Shown here in pieces: positions 1 to 13,945 of a stretch of DNA of 64,000 nucleotides (within the stretch, counting starts at the first letter, position 1; each line of letters opens with the position of its first letter). Origin of the DNA: Geosiphon pyriformis uo1 (taxonomy: Eukaryota; Fungi; Glomeromycota). The stretch spans positions 178,248 through 242,247 of the forward strand of contig JAAOMT010000211.1 of NCBI GenBank assembly GCA_016748015.1. Reading direction: 5' to 3'. A program made the position numbers and the translations under genes. The notes under the pieces were generated by a model. The model was not told where the DNA came from. It did not search any database and worked only from the letters and a program-made list of their open reading frames with translations.

Positions 1-116
1 AAGTTTATTACAAACTAAGCAAACAGTTAAAAACAAACAAAATTAATAAAAAATAATGTTTTTTATAATAAGAGCTATAGCTATTGCTTTAATCAGATTT
101 TTTTCAGAGTTGAAAC

Positions 117-1253
117 TAGAGTTCTGATTAAACTGAACTAAACCAAACTTTGAGTGTTGTTTAAATTCAGTTCAAATTACAAACTGAACTTAAACTGAAC
201 CAATTTTTTAAAGTAAATTTGGTTTGAATTTAGCATTGAATTTTTTTAACAAGTTTAAGTTCAGTTTAAGTCTGGTTTGAAGTTTACAAACTTGTTTAAA
301 TTTAATAGAATTAAAAAAAAATATAACTTGTATTATTTGTTTATCAATTATTATTTTGTTTAATTATTATAATTAGTTAAAGAAATATATAAAACTATGT
401 ATGTATAACAACTCCACTTTTTAACTTACCAAAATGAATTCATTGTCAGTATCATTCAATGTTATCAAAAATTCAAAATCCGAAATAATAAAATTTGATA
501 ATCCAAATAGTTCAAATATTAATATATTTGGTAAACATAGTTTTTAGAATAAAATATAGAACTATTTTAATAAGTTTGAGTGGACAAAAAAAAACAGCTA
601 AATATACAGTCTTAAAATATGTGTATAAATTATTTTTTACAGAACTACAAATACTATTAAACTCTTATAATATTATTTAAAAGCTTTTTACCAGACAGTA
701 TATGTTATAATAAAAAAATATTATAAGAAAAGACAAAATATTCAGAATAATTACAAGTCAATTAAAAAAATAGTTTAATGAATAAAATTGCTATTTTTTT
801 TTATGATTTTTGGCTAATCTAACTAAAAAACTGTTCTAGTTTTCTGTAGTAATTTCTATTAACATTAATAATAAAAAACTTTATAACATAATTACTATTT
901 GGTTTTTTTTGTAAATATAAATATAATTACAGATATAAGATCTTGTTTAGTGTTTAAAACTATAAGAACAGGACAGTGTTTTCAATTATAAATATAAAAA
1001 CTATTGAAAAAAAAATTAAATAATAATATAATATAATATAATGTTTTTAATAATTGAATCTGAAAATGTTTATGAACTTTAAACTAAACTTAAACCAAAC
1101 TTGTTGTATATGTTTGGATTCAGTTCAAGTTTGGTAATTTTAAGTCTGGTTTAAGTTTAAGTTCGAAATTTTGCCAAATTTTTTATTTAAGTTCAATTTG
1201 GTTTGATGATTTGATTAAACTCAAATCAAACCAGATTAAACATTAGAATTCTA
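117..1253. mobile_element. Non-autonomous hAT-like DNA transposon (MITE-like)
   Basis: TIRs tagagttctgat (117) / attagaattcta (ends 1253) match apart from transitions; 8-bp TSD gttgaaac (109-116) vs attaaaac (1254-1261), two G>A changes; subterminal aaac(c/t)(g/a)aac repeats in both orientations at both ends; no transposase ORF. Confidence 0.7.
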
Positions 1254-1479
1254 ATTAAAACACATAGTAGTACACTTAATACAAATATAGTTAACTAAAT
1301 TATAATTAATAATACATGTTTTTTTACTAATTAAACCAATAAACTTCCAAAAATTATGAGCAGTTGTTTTTACAAGAAATATATAAAGCAAAATCCTAAA
1401 CTTATTTTTGGAATTCTATATTTAATTATTAATATTAGCTTTAATTACACAGACTGTATCTTTTTTAATAAAAATAAAC

Positions 1480-2662
1480 TATTCAAATATCAAAAAATCA
1501 GTCTAATTTTAATTATTTAGTTTTATAATTATCTTTTATTATAGTTTTACTAATTGCATTTTGATCAACTTAATAGTATTATAACTAATAAGTACAATTT
1601 GTATAGTCTTTACAAATAGTTTTACAGAAATTTTTTTTATAATAATTATTTAATTCATATGATTATTTACTGATTACTTAAAATTAGTGTTTATTACAAT
1701 ACTATAATTATTAACCAAATTAGCCATAGTCAATATTGCTTTTTTAGAAATGAAAAATGCCTAAATAATTTTACTAAATTTTAAAGAATTAAAAGTCTTT
1801 TTCAAAACTATTTATATTAAAGAATATATTTTTAAAAATTTTTAATTTATTTTAAGCAAATACACAAAAATAATAATTAGATTATGCAATATATTAAACT
1901 TTGTAATATTTAAAAATTCACCAAAATTTGTAAAAATTCACAAAATAATTTAATAATTTACTAAAATAGTTAATAATTCATAGAAACAATTTGTAATTTA
2001 CCAAAATATATCTTTAATTTATTGAAAACAAAGCCAAAAAAAGTTCAAGTTCATAAATTAATATTATAATAAATTGTATAAAAAAAGAGCTTTTTTTTAA
2101 AAAAAAAAATTTTATCTTTAAATTATCTTTTTTAAAACAAGTTTCTTAGTACAAATTAATAAAGCATTAAATATTTCAAAAACATAATTTATTTTAATTA
2201 ATTACAAATTGAAATTTCCCAAATTCTAACTAATATTTTGAAATTGATTAATTATTAATTTCAATAATCTGTTAGTTATTTTAAGCTTAAACAAAAAACA
2301 ATTCTTTTAACAAAATTTTTTTTTTATATTTTTTTTCTTTTATCTTATTATAAACTATTAAAATAGTCTATAGACAAAATTCTTATAAAAAAGTTGATTT
2401 TTATAGTAAAATAATTACATATTTTTAGTGAGTTTTTAAATAAACTATTTTTAAAAAAAGTTAATTTTTATGTAAAGTAATTATACAAAATAACTGATAT
2501 AAAATTAGTCATTTTATTTATAAATCCAGCAGTTCAAATTATAAGAGATAATTTGAAAATAAATTCAGTTATTAAAAATTTAATAGCTTTTAGTAATTAT
2601 AAATTAACAGCAAAATAATATTAGCAATATTCAAGAAAAAAAACCAAAAATTTTTAGTAATA
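1480..2662 (+). mobile_element. Decayed solo LTR, family B
   Basis: Colinear with 59899-60878 (aaattcaccaaaatttgta repeats, aagttcaagttca, end aaaccaaaaatttttagtaata ~ gaccaaaaacttccagtaaca); left edge approximate. Confidence 0.7.
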
Positions 2663-2899
2663 GTAATAATTTATTTTTAATAAATTTAAAGAAAATTAAA
2701 TAAAAAAAATAAAATTTAACAAAATTAGTATTTAAATATAATCTTAATTAGATATTATTTTTTTAAGACATAAACATTCTGAATTTTTAAATTAATTATT
2801 GATTTTAGCCAAGGTATTATTACAAATAAATTTTATGTAATTATATGTAGTTAATATTTTTCTAACATGTTTTTAATTTTGTTAAGTTTGAATTTTGTT

Positions 2900-3456
2900 T
2901 ATACTTTATTGTTATATTAAATATTTTGTTGTTTTTATTAATAGGAAGTGGTAATAAAAGTTTAGTAATTCTTTTTTTTGAAATTTTTATTGAAGCTTAG
3001 ATTATAAAGAGAAAAAGTCTCTAATTCTATTAATCTTAATATCAGTAAGTATTATAATACAAAATTAAAAAAGCATACTTTCTAGTTTTTTTTAAAATTA
3101 TAATTTAATTCTTTTTTTTTGTTTAATTGATTTTTATTTGTTTATTGTTTTTTTTATTAGAAAATTATTATATATATATATATTTCAAGTTATATATAAT
3201 TATATTTATTCTAATTAATTAATAAATAATTGCTAAGTTATTGAGCTTTTTGTTTAACTGTAAGTATTTTTTAACTTACTTGTTTATGATTATATTAAAT
3301 TGGACATATTTGTATATGTTTTGTATACTATTATGTACATATTACGTTTTTTAATTTTATTTATTGCTCTGTGCTATTTATACTATTATTTAATAATTAA
3401 TTGAAATATTATAATATTATTATTTTTGGTTTTTTGTTAATTTCTATTGAGTAACA
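2900..3456 (-). mobile_element. Probable LTR remnant (family A-like)
   Basis: Ends in ttgagtaaca like the family A LTR terminus and abuts the LINE fragment; TATA-like tatatata run at ~3170; left edge unknown. Confidence 0.35.
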
Positions 3457-4240
3457 ACATACTTATATGTTAAAAACTTTATATAAACAGCTTTTTGTTG
3501 TTATTAAAAAAAATTATATAATAGATATTACTCTAATATATTGTATTTAAATTATGATAAAGTAAAAATATTTAATTATAGTTTTGTCTACTATTTTAAT
3601 TTTTTTGTTTGTACAAGTTTGTTGGCTAATATAACAGAATTTTAGAAAACTTTAACAAATATTTACTTGAATTTTTTAGTTATTTTTTAATCTTTGACTT
3701 TTAATATTATTAATAATAATTTTTACTTAATTTTATACAAGAACTTTGTGTTTAGTTTTTGAATTATTAAAGCCAAGTCTGTTTTTGCTAATAATAAGTT
3801 TATTTTATTATATTTAATTAATTTTATTTAAAGTTTAATTGTTATTTATAAAAAAAAGATATAATTATTCAATTCTAAATATTATGCTTTAATAAAAAAA
3901 AAACAGTTTTTTATTTATTAACAATTTAAATGAAATTTTTGGTTGGAATTTTTTGGTTTTTATTTCCAAAAAGTAACATACTTATTAAGTATAATTAAAA
4001 GTTAAACAATTAGTTTTGGGTCTAAAATTAAGTATTTATTTTTTATTAGTATTAATTTTGATATTTTTATTATTATAATTGTATAGTATAATCTTAATTA
4101 ATTAAGTAATTGTTTATATTTAGCAAGTATGTAAATTATGTTTAATTTAAAACTCAAAACAATTATATTATATTAGATAATATTAAAATTATATTTTAAA
4201 TAAAATAAAATAAAATAAAATAAAATAAAATAAAATAAAT
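3457..4240 (+). mobile_element. Highly decayed LINE 3' fragment with 3' module and (TAAAA)n tail
   Basis: Translates KQLFVVIKKKLYNRYYSNILYLNYDKVKIFNYSFVY, the decayed ORF2 Zn-finger region of the other LINEs; 3' module at ~4085-4190; (taaaa)n at 4197-4240. Confidence 0.75.
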
Positions 4241-4561
4241 ATTAATTAATTTTATTATTAAAAAAACTAAATTATTAATAAATTTAATAATAAACTTATT
4301 TATTAAAGGCAATTTAGTTAAGTTAAATTTTAAATTAATCACAAAATTAATTATATTAATAATAATAAAAATAATAAAAAAAACAATAACAAAAAAAATT
4401 AATAAAACAAAACTTTTAATATAAAATTTAAACAAATAAAAAAATCTTTTTTTCTCTTTTACCTTCAAAAATCCTTAAATGAACACATTTCTGTTAAAAA
4501 AAATTTTTGTTTTTCCTGTTAGTATTATTTTAACATTTTTTTAACTAATAATCTCTTTGTG

Positions 4562-6395
4562 ATGGATTTGGCAGCTGCTTCAGATAGCAACATGTTTAAA
4601 AAGAAAGCACCCAAGGATGTTTTTCATGGTCCTGCTGGTGGTTTTTTTTCATAGAAAAAGAAGGTTGTTCTTAGGAATGTTAAACATTCTGGTAATAAAA
4701 AAAATGTTTTTTTGAAATCTGGATCTGGTAATAATATGTATTCTGATGTGGAAAGCTTGTCTGGTAATAATGTAGATATTGGCATATCTGGTGTTAGTAA
4801 TAGTTCTATCTTGGATTCAGCTGCAAACACTTCTAAAGTGAAATGTGTTAACACTGGTGCTGATTTTGGCTCCTCTCTTGGTTCTCCCAACTATGATATA
4901 GAGGATGAGTTAGAACTTCTTCCAACTCTCCTCAAGATATCTCTAAATATAAAGTGAATTGATCCCAAAATCATAAAAACATCTGTAAAAGTAGCTGTAA
5001 ACAAATTTTTTGCTTTGAACATTAATCTTTTGGCTGTAGAAAAAAAATTGGCAACAGCAAAAACTCAGTTCATTAGGAAAATTTTTTCAAAAATCTGTAG
5101 TTTTGGAGGGGTCACTACTCTCTCAAAATTTAAAGAGATCATTCAATCTACCTTTACATAAGAGAACAGTATAGAAAAAACCGTATTATTGGCCAAAGAA
5201 AATGTGATCACTGTAAACACCAATCTTAAAAGACAAGGAATACATTCAAATCAGGCTGTAGTAATTAGAAAAATTCTCATGAATATACCAAAGAAGATGA
5301 TCATTACCACAACTGCTGAATTTAGAGAAATTAAATCTATTAAAGTTCAACTAATTAGATTATGACAGAAGGCTGTAGTAAAGTTTGCCGAATTAGATCA
5401 AGCTGATTTGTTGGCATTAAAATAGTCATTCCTAATCGGAAAAGATTCAGTATGCATGGCCAAGGCTATGGGTGATCAAAAAATCTGGACATCTAAAGAT
5501 TGGTATAAAGCACTTTTGTTTATACTGCCAATGAGTATTATGACTTATGATTTGGGTAATCTTTTGGAAGGAGCTGGTAAAAAAACTTGCCTTATTAATT
5601 ATTTACTGAAAACTGGCAACAAAACCTGTTGCACTGTTGTTTGTTTTAAATCTAATGAGGCATTGGAGTTTGCATTTAGTATAGAGCCAATTCTCAGTGG
5701 TGTTAGACTTTTTTGGGCAAGGATAGATCTAGTTTGGTGTAAAAAGTATGAGAGATGTAGTCATTCTGCTTTGGAATGTGATACACCAATTGCATCCACT
5801 TCTAAGCCTTTGAGGACATTTAAAAAGATTGCTTTTAATAAATGTTATCTTCAGTTAGCAAAATTATATGAGAAAAAAAATGTTTCAATATCTTGTTCTG
5901 CTGCCTTTGGTGGCAAATCTTGGGCCCAAGTGGTCTTACTTTCTGGTTGTTCTGATAGTTTTCACTCCATTTCTGGTTCTGGTTCCCCTTTCTATAATGA
6001 CTCAGGTTCAAATAATGGTTTTTTTCCAGTTTCGGCTAGTAACTTGTCTTTGGGTGCTCATTTGGCCTTTTTGGAATGCTTTTTGAAGCTCTTGGCAGAT
6101 CAGGTTTCTAGTATGTTGAAAAAGTTGAGTTCTGTGAAACTGGTATTGTTAACACTCCTTTTTTGTGTTCCTTCTCTGGCCATTTCTACACCTTTGATGT
6201 CACATTTGGACATGGATATGACTTTGAATAATGTTTTGATGCTATCTGCTCCTCTTTTTTCGGCTGTTGGTAATATAGTATCTGACTTTAGCTCAAGTAG
6301 TTTCAAGATTCTAACATTTAAGGTGGGTGGTTTGAAATCAAAAATAATAGCTCTAAAAGTCTTGATTGGTTCAGTTTTAGAAAGATTAGATTATT
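4562..6395 (+). pseudogene. LINE1 ORF1 (RRM-like + CCHC knuckle)
   Basis: ORF pieces 4712-4957 and 5456-6427 homologous to LINE2 ORF1 (GGKSWAQV, LECFLKLLADQVS, KVGGLKSK). Confidence 0.85.
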
Positions 6396-6399
6396 TGAA

Positions 6400-9300
6400 G
6401 ATATTATTTGTTGGTATAGAAATATAGGCAATTTGATTTCTGTAGTTACTAAAACAAAGTTGAGAGGCAAAGTTCATTTATGAATTATGAATAAGTTTGA
6501 TGATGTCTGAGTGTTTACTTCTGATTTGGAATCAGGTTATTTGAGTTTAAACATAGCCATAATTATGAATGTTTCTTTAGTACAGCATGTGTATAAAGTT
6601 TCTAAAGTGTTCAATCGACTTATTTTTATAAAACTACTTTTTAAAAACAAACTTTCAGTAACAGTTTTGGGTTTATATGCAGGTGCTACTTTGGAAAAAA
6701 GGCTGGCTTACTCACATGTTGTCAATTCAATAGTGGCTGAGGCTTTAAATGGTAGTACTTTTGTTGTTTTTGGTAATAACTTTAATGAAAATAATTCTGG
6801 TTATAGTACAAGCTTTAAGAAATTTTTGGATCTGGGTTTGCTTGATTCCTTATGAGATTTTTCTTTGCACAAGCTTCCTATATGGTCCAATTCAAGAGGT
6901 GTTCAAAAATGTATAGACTTTATTCTAGTTAGTAATAGTCTTTGCAGTTCTTTTTTTAACTAGTGGGTTTACTGTCTGGATGAATTTTTTGATTCTAATT
7001 ACTTAGTCATGTTGGTAGATATTGGTTTGGAGGGCTTTCTTAGTTCTCAGCTCAATTCAGTACACAAACAGGCTGCAAAAAATAGGTGAAAATACAAAGT
7101 CAGTAACATTAGTGAAGAAGTTTGGAAAAAGTTTGGGAATTTATCTTTGGCTGCTGCTTTGACAGCTGCTAATGACTTTAAATATTACAAAAATGAAGGT
7201 GACATCAATGAGATGTGGATACTGCTCTTTTAGGTGGTGTGCTTTACAGTAAAAGCTGCTTTAGTAAAGATGTGGTTTAGAGATGGTGGGTTGGTTAAAT
7301 CTGCTGTATCTTCTAAATTTCACAAGTTGGAACTGTTGGTGGCAAAAATTTTGAAAGCATATAAGTCAAAAAATTTGAGAAAATTTCAGGCTTTGGTCAA
7401 TAAATGGGTTGACTTGGATTTCGACCAGGCTATAGAGTTCAAGAGATCTTTAGACAATGGTTGTAACAAAGTGATGGTTAAACAATTACTGGCTTATTTT
7501 AGGAAATTATATAGATCTTGTAAGTTTTTGAATTCCAAAACCACTGAGAATTTTCAAATTAGAGCAGTTATTGCTAAGTGTATAGAAGCTTTTGTGAATA
7601 ATAAGAGTCAAATAATTAGGAGTGTGTTGGAGAAGCCTTTTAGAAAAGTTATGTTGGATTATCTAATTAATAATAGTGATTTGGTTTTAAAGCCAGATCT
7701 GGTCAAGGACAAAGTAAATTCAATTATAGAAAATTGGACCAGGAAGCACACAGTTAAATCTTCTGTTCCTTCCTATTGGCAAAGACAATTTGCACCTCTT
7801 AATTATGTTAATAATAGTGCATTTTCTGGCATGATAGAGCATATTGATTTTAATGAGTTTTTGTCAGTAATCAAGAATCTTCCTGATGGCAAAGCTGCTG
7901 GATTGTCTGGTATCTCTAATGAAATATAGAAACACTGTGATGAGTTTGTTTTGGTCTTTTTTTTATGTTTGCTTAACCTGTATTTAACATGTAAATCTGT
8001 TTCTGATGTCTGGAAAGAAGCCTGGATGTTCATGATTCCAAAACCTTATAAGTGGGAAAGAGTTTTAATGAATACCAGACTTATTGCTTTTATTGAGACT
8101 GCTAGGAAAATTCTCTCAAAGATTCTGTCTGATTGTATATTGAAGGCTTGCAGCATACACAATATTCTGTGTAGTGACAATTTTTCAGTTTTAAAGAGCA
8201 CTTCTATTCAGTCTCTTATTTTTATTATAGGATCTGTTATAGAAGATGCTTTGAAGAAGAGCAGAAAAATCTGGTTGGTTCTTCAAGACATGTGCAAAGC
8301 TTATAATTCAATAGACTGGTTGCATTTGAAAAACAGTCTGAAGAGAATCAAGATATATAAAAAGTTGTTAGATTTTTTGGTCATATTCATAATGGCTACA
8401 CAAATAGGGTTATAACAGACTTTGGTTTGTCTAAAGATTATAAAGTTTATGATAGTCTGAACCAGAGTAAAGTCTTTTCTTCTCTTTTGTGGAAAATTTT
8501 TTATGATTTTCTGTTGTGTGAGGTCAAGAGACATGATTCACTTTTTAGGTATTGAGTTGATTTCAAATTTGTGGCCAGAATGGGCAGAATTGAGTTGAAC
8601 ACTGGTCTGACTTCATATTTGGCTGCTGGTGCTTTCATGGATGATATTATTTGAGTTGGCAACTGTCACATAACAACACAGAACATTTTGAATATTGCTA
8701 ATGAGTTCTTTGATTTAATAAATATATTGATTAACACAGATAAGATGGTTGTTATTCTTATCAACCTAAAAACCAATGATATCTTTTTAGATGTTAGTGG
8801 ATCTCCAATTTCAATCACAAAGACTGGTAAGACACATTAGTATTTGGGCATTTTTCTGTTAATTAAAGATCTTTCTGGTCTAAGTTTAAAGAAGACAAAT
8901 TCAGATGTGAAGTTTTTTTCATTCATGGTTTTGCACAAAACTATCTTAGACAAACAGTTCTCTTATTTAGTCTCAACTGTTTTACAGTCTATAATGGAAT
9001 ACAAGACTCAGTTTAGCTTCGTCAATAGAAGCACATACAAGAAATGAAATCATATAATTAGAAAGAAATTGAAGTCTAAGGCCAGTTTGCCCAAGGATTT
9101 TTCTAATGAGACTATATATCATCTATCTTTGTACAATTTGAAACCTTTTGAGCAAGTTCAGACAAAAGAAAAAGTAATGTTGATATTACAGTTTGCTAAT
9201 AATAAAGAAATAATGGGTCGACTTTTTGAACACAGGTCAATAAATTTGCAAGTTTTGGGCTGGGTACTTCAAAACCCTCTTCAATTTTCTGTTAAATTGA

Positions 9301-11017
9301 TAGTTAATTTAATAAACAATTTTTTGGGTGGTGTTACTAAGATTTTTTTGCATAATGAGATTTTTTTGGCCAATGGCTTGCCCAATGCTTTTTGTTTTAA
9401 GCATGGTTTTCCCATTTTGAATATTTTGGGTCAGACACTATATCTTTAGATTTACAGATTATTAAAGTGTTTTGGGATTATTTTTGCAGATCAATTTTTG
9501 AACAGCCATGGAAAATGTTTTAATTGGAAAAATTTTTGCTATTGGAAATAACTGAATCCTAAAGGTCCAGTTCTCTTTTGGTTTATGCTGATTTTAGATT
9601 TTGTCAAGGGTGGTGGTCTAGTCAAAGATCTCTCTTCCACTTTTAGATGCTCTTCTAATTTGAATATTTCTAATATGGGCAGCATTGGTGTTATTTGCTT
9701 TAGTCTGAAAAATGCTTTTTTGTCTAAGATTTCAATTTACACTGATAGTTCTGTTAAAAACTTTGGTACATCTAGTGCTGCCAGAGGGGCTGCTGCCTAT
9801 TTTTTGATCTGAGTTTGCATGTAGGGGTGGAGGTTCATGGTTTGTTATTATCTACTTCGATTGAAATATAAACTGTTGTATTGGCTCTTGAATACATTCC
9901 AGCTTTCTCTAAAGTCACAGTTTTTTCTAACAGTCAGACTTTCCTGAATGCTTGCCAGGCCGAGTTGAGATTGATGGCTCCTAATTTTCACAATAAGTGC
10001 TGGATAGAGCACTATTATATTAGCAATTTAGTCAAATACAAGAATATTTCTGTCATTTGGGCAAAGGTGAAAAGTTATTTTGGTGTATTGGGCAACAAGC
10101 ATGCTAATAAATTGGCTGATCTGGCCACCTCATTAGGGCTTGTTCTTTCAATGAACATTAAGAAAAAATTCTTATTAGCAAATAATAAAACAATTTCTGG
10201 CAATACATATCACTTCGTTAAAATAACAAATGATACTGTTAGACATTTTCAATGGAAATTTGGACTTTGTTCAAGTGTCATGGATCATTTGCAAGTTGGC
10301 AATATTAATTGGGTTTGTACTGTCTTAGTCTGGCACTCTAACTCTTACATGTTCACTGAATATATGAGCAAAATCATTTCTGGCTTGTGCATGTATTTGA
10401 TAAAAGCTTTGCACAGAAGACTGTCTGTGGCTGTTAAGAAGTGCTTATATGATCGCAGCTATTTTAGTGTTTTGTGTATATATTGTGGGAAAGTAGATTT
10501 TTCAGATCATAGTTTTGTTTATGGCCTGGACTTTTTGACACATTAGAACTTATTGAGTGAGCATTTTTTTCTTTAGAAATCTCTTACTAGTGCAATTTTA
10601 TCATTGTCTGTGGTTCTTTAGTTTTTGGTTTTATCTGCTTCTAATATTGAACTCTATACAGTTTTATGCAAAGGGTTTGTATTTGAGAATTGGTTAATAG
10701 AAGCTAAAGCCTCTTTTAAAGTTACTAGACTTGCAACATATAATCTAATTGGGTTTATTTAGGGTGTGGTTGCTGGCCATAGAGAGTAAATTTGAGTGCC
10801 TAATTCGAAGTTTTAAGCTGATAAAGAGCATTGAGAGTTGATATGTGTGGATGGATCTTTATATAATGTCATTCGGGGTCTTTCTACTAAGTTTTTAGAT
10901 GGTATTGCTCATTTGTTAGAAATTGAAAGAGATTATGTTACCAATTTTGGCCTAAGTGTTGGTTATTTGTTTTTTGCTGGCACTACTGACAAAGTTATAG
11001 TTAATATAGTTGTATAG
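6400..11017 (+). pseudogene. LINE1 ORF2 (endonuclease/RT/RNase H/Zn finger)
   Basis: Series of ORF fragments 6511-10546 colinear with LINE2 ORF2. Confidence 0.9.
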
Positions 11018-11239
11018 TGTAGTCTTAATTGGCTGAGTGGCTGGTTACATGTAGCAAATGTGTAAATCACATTTAATTTAGAACTTTAGATAGTTGTATT
11101 GTATTAGATAGTAATTAGACTTTACTTGTTAAATAAAATAAAAAAAAAATTTAATATAAACAAAATAAAATTTTAAAATTTTAAAACCAATTACAAATTT
11201 AAATAAAAACTTAAAAAAAAATAAAAATATTTTATAATT

Positions 11240-13080
11240 ATAATTTTTTTTTATTAAGTTTAATGAGTATGATTTAAATACTACTTAGTATTTTGAAACA
11301 AACTAAGTATTTTATACTAAGTATAGTTTATGCATTTTTTACATATAATCAGCTATTTAAGCTAATTTAGATTATACTACATTGTTACAATAGAAGTAAA
11401 CTTATTTAAAACCAATATTCTTTGAACTATATTAAATAATCTAATACTACAAAGAATTAATCTAATAAGCTATTTAACTGTTTTTAAGAAATTAGTTTTA
11501 ATACTATTAAACTTATGTGTTCAAAAGGACATCAAATAAGAAAATGTATTATCATTAATGCTAACTGGAAGATTTGAATTATCAAACATGTCAATATTAT
11601 CTATACAATACTTTTTTTTCAGTAAAACTACTTTTTTTCTTAACTTTTATTAAAAAAACCCAAATAAATTATAAGTTCATTAACTTTAAGACTAAAAACA
11701 TTGCTTAAAACTAAATTATCATTAATAAACTGTTCAAATATAGTAACCAGAGAGCTAACAGGCTTAAAAATTGATTTAACTAATACAAAAAATTTGGTCA
11801 AATCAGATTTCAAAGAAGACAATTAAAATAGTATCAAAGAATTATCAATAATAACAAAAAGAGAAAGAAGAGTTGTCAAAAATAGAAACTTAAAGAAGCT
11901 TAAAAAAATAGAAACTTAAAGAAGCTTAAAAAAACAGAAACTTTAATATAAGACTTAAAGCTTACAAAATATGATATAAACACCTTGGAAGTCTTAAAAA
12001 GAGAAAATAGAGACACTATCTTTTAATTCACAATCAGATAGCTTATTTTTAACACCTAAAACAATGCTAATAGCCAAGAATTTTTTATTAAATATGGCAC
12101 TTTTTTGGTGTATTAGTTTTGTTTACAGTAGCATTTAAATCTACTTAAGATTCAAATATAATTAGAACAAACTGAAAATAATAACCAGAATTAGAAAAGC
12201 AAAAAATAAAACATGTTTAACTATTAACTTAAGAAATTATATTACTAATTTCAAAGGCAGTACAGCCAAAAAAAAAGTTAACCAACTTGATCTTAAACCT
12301 ATCATAAAATATAATAGTTTTATTTAATTCACTAAAAAGAGAATCCTAATACTATTTTTACTCACCAAAACTAATCAATAATTCAAAATAAATGTAACAG
12401 AGTCCAGTTTTTTAAAATAAACAACTACATATTATTAAATGTCAGCAGACTTTAGCATTACATGGGCAATCTTACCAAACACATTAAAAGCTGTCTTAAT
12501 ATTAACAGCAAATATACTTAAAAACATATTATATAGTATAACAGCACCAAAAAAAGAATCAGACTCAGAAATTACCAAAAACTTGGCAATTTTAAGAATG
12601 GCTAAGTAAATAAAACTTATAAGCTCAACCAAAAAGACAGTTTCTAAAGACTTTTAAGAAGTAAACTCCATATAGAAAAGCTTCATATTGTCTTTTAATA
12701 TTGACTTTATATCCAAAAAATTATATACAAACTGGAAAATAGTTTTAATATAAGCCAATTTAATCTTAAAAGTAGCATTAAATACCAAAGTAAAAACTAT
12801 TCATTTAGCAAATTTTTAATATTTAATAATAGTTTCTTAAGCATTATCAATAACAGCGCCAAAAACCAAGAAAAAAATGCTTTAGTAACTACTAAAAACA
12901 GCTTTTTATAATCATTAAATAAAAAAAAACTTTTAAATTATTCTGTTTAATTGTTTTTACAACAAAAAAAACTTTTTTGATTAAAACTTTGTGAAATACC
13001 AAAAAAAATACTAATTACAGCTTTTTTACTTTTTCCTCTTATTATAATTATAAAATTAAGAAGACAAAGAGTTTTTAGGT
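11240..13080 (-). mobile_element. ORF1-only non-autonomous LINE derivative, copy 1
   Basis: Minus strand encodes decayed ORF1 (IKTAFNVFGKIAHV RRM-like; HCFRC..SYL decayed CCHC; SSLKSDL) ending FTSIVTM*, followed directly by the LINE 3' module and A tail; homologous to 40705-42850 with a ~470-bp deletion. Confidence 0.8.
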
Positions 13081-13459
13081 TTTTTATTTAAATCCAAATA
13101 ATTTAAATCTTAATATTTAAAGCAATATTAATAATTATTAAATATAATATTTTTTTAAAGTACTAATTTCAACAATTATAATATTTAAATTTTTTTAAAA
13201 ACCAAAAATAATAATTATATATTTTAATTATTAAGCAAAATTAAAAAATTAAAACAAATATAAGTATAAATTCAAAAAACCAATTTATTAATTTTAAAAA
13301 CAATACAATTAGCAAATAAATTAACTAATTTGATTTTAAATATATTATAAAAAACAACAATTTTTTTTTAATTAATAAAAAAATTTAATACTATTTTTAT
13401 TTATTAAAATTAATTAATTATAATTACATTAAAATTTTTAAAATAAACAATAATAAAAT

Positions 13460-13945
13460 ACTGAAGAGCTGGGCGTTCAATGTTATCTTGTGTCTTGGTT
13501 TGGCTTTTAGTGACAGTTTGATTGTTAAGTTGGTCTATAATTTTGCTGAGAGTCATAGATCTGATATCTGGTTACCTGCTGCTAAATTAAGAGCCTTTTA
13601 CAAGAAGCACAATCTTTTACCATATAATGGATCTGCTGTGCCATTAGTTAATAATTTATCAGGCTTGTAGACTACTGGTGTTATTCACAGCTTTGGTTTC
13701 AGATTGGGTATTTATTTGTGTTTCAGTCTGTGTTCTTGTCTTAATAGTTTGGGCTTCAGTTTTTTGAATAATATCTCTTTAACAGATTCTGTATGTATAT
13801 AGTGCTGTCTTAACTGGACCAAGTGTCTGATCACATGTAGAAAAAGCATGAGCCATATTTAATTTAGAATCTTGTTTGATTTTATGTATTTAGGTAGTGG
13901 TTAGGCTGTGCTCACTAAACTTGAAATAAAAAAATAAAAATAATA
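13460..13945 (+). mobile_element. 5'-truncated LINE 3' end
   Basis: HRSDIWLPAAKLRAFYKKHNL matches the LINE3 3' end (50392-50826); 3' module 13800-13930; A tail. Confidence 0.85.

Larger units (their letters stand above)
4440..11150 (+). mobile_element. LINE retrotransposon 1 (ORF1 + APE-RT-RNaseH ORF2), inactivated
   Basis: ORF1 from ATG 4562; ORF2 motifs (V)TKTKL, GNNFN, QDMCKAYNSI, GAFMDD, IYTDSS, KVKSYFGVLGNKHA, CIYC..SDH; stop at 11015-17, then 3' module and A tail; many in-frame stops; ~100-bp deletion at the ORF1/ORF2 junction (~6395). Confidence 0.93.

Noticed and set aside
4416-4426. TSD for LINE1 (tttaatataaa, also ~11150)
   Set aside because: Too low-complexity to trust in AT-rich flanks
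4562-11017. Alternative genetic code or stop readthrough explaining in-frame TGA/TAG at Trp positions
   Set aside because: Stops differ between copies, match the G>A/C>T bias, and host genes use the standard code
13800-13930. 3' module as a known self-cleaving ribozyme (hammerhead, hairpin, pistol, HDV)
   Set aside because: Only superficial matches (CUG..GA; GUGGUUAGG..UUAAA); no CUGANGA/GAAA core, hairpin loop B or pistol catalytic strand is visible
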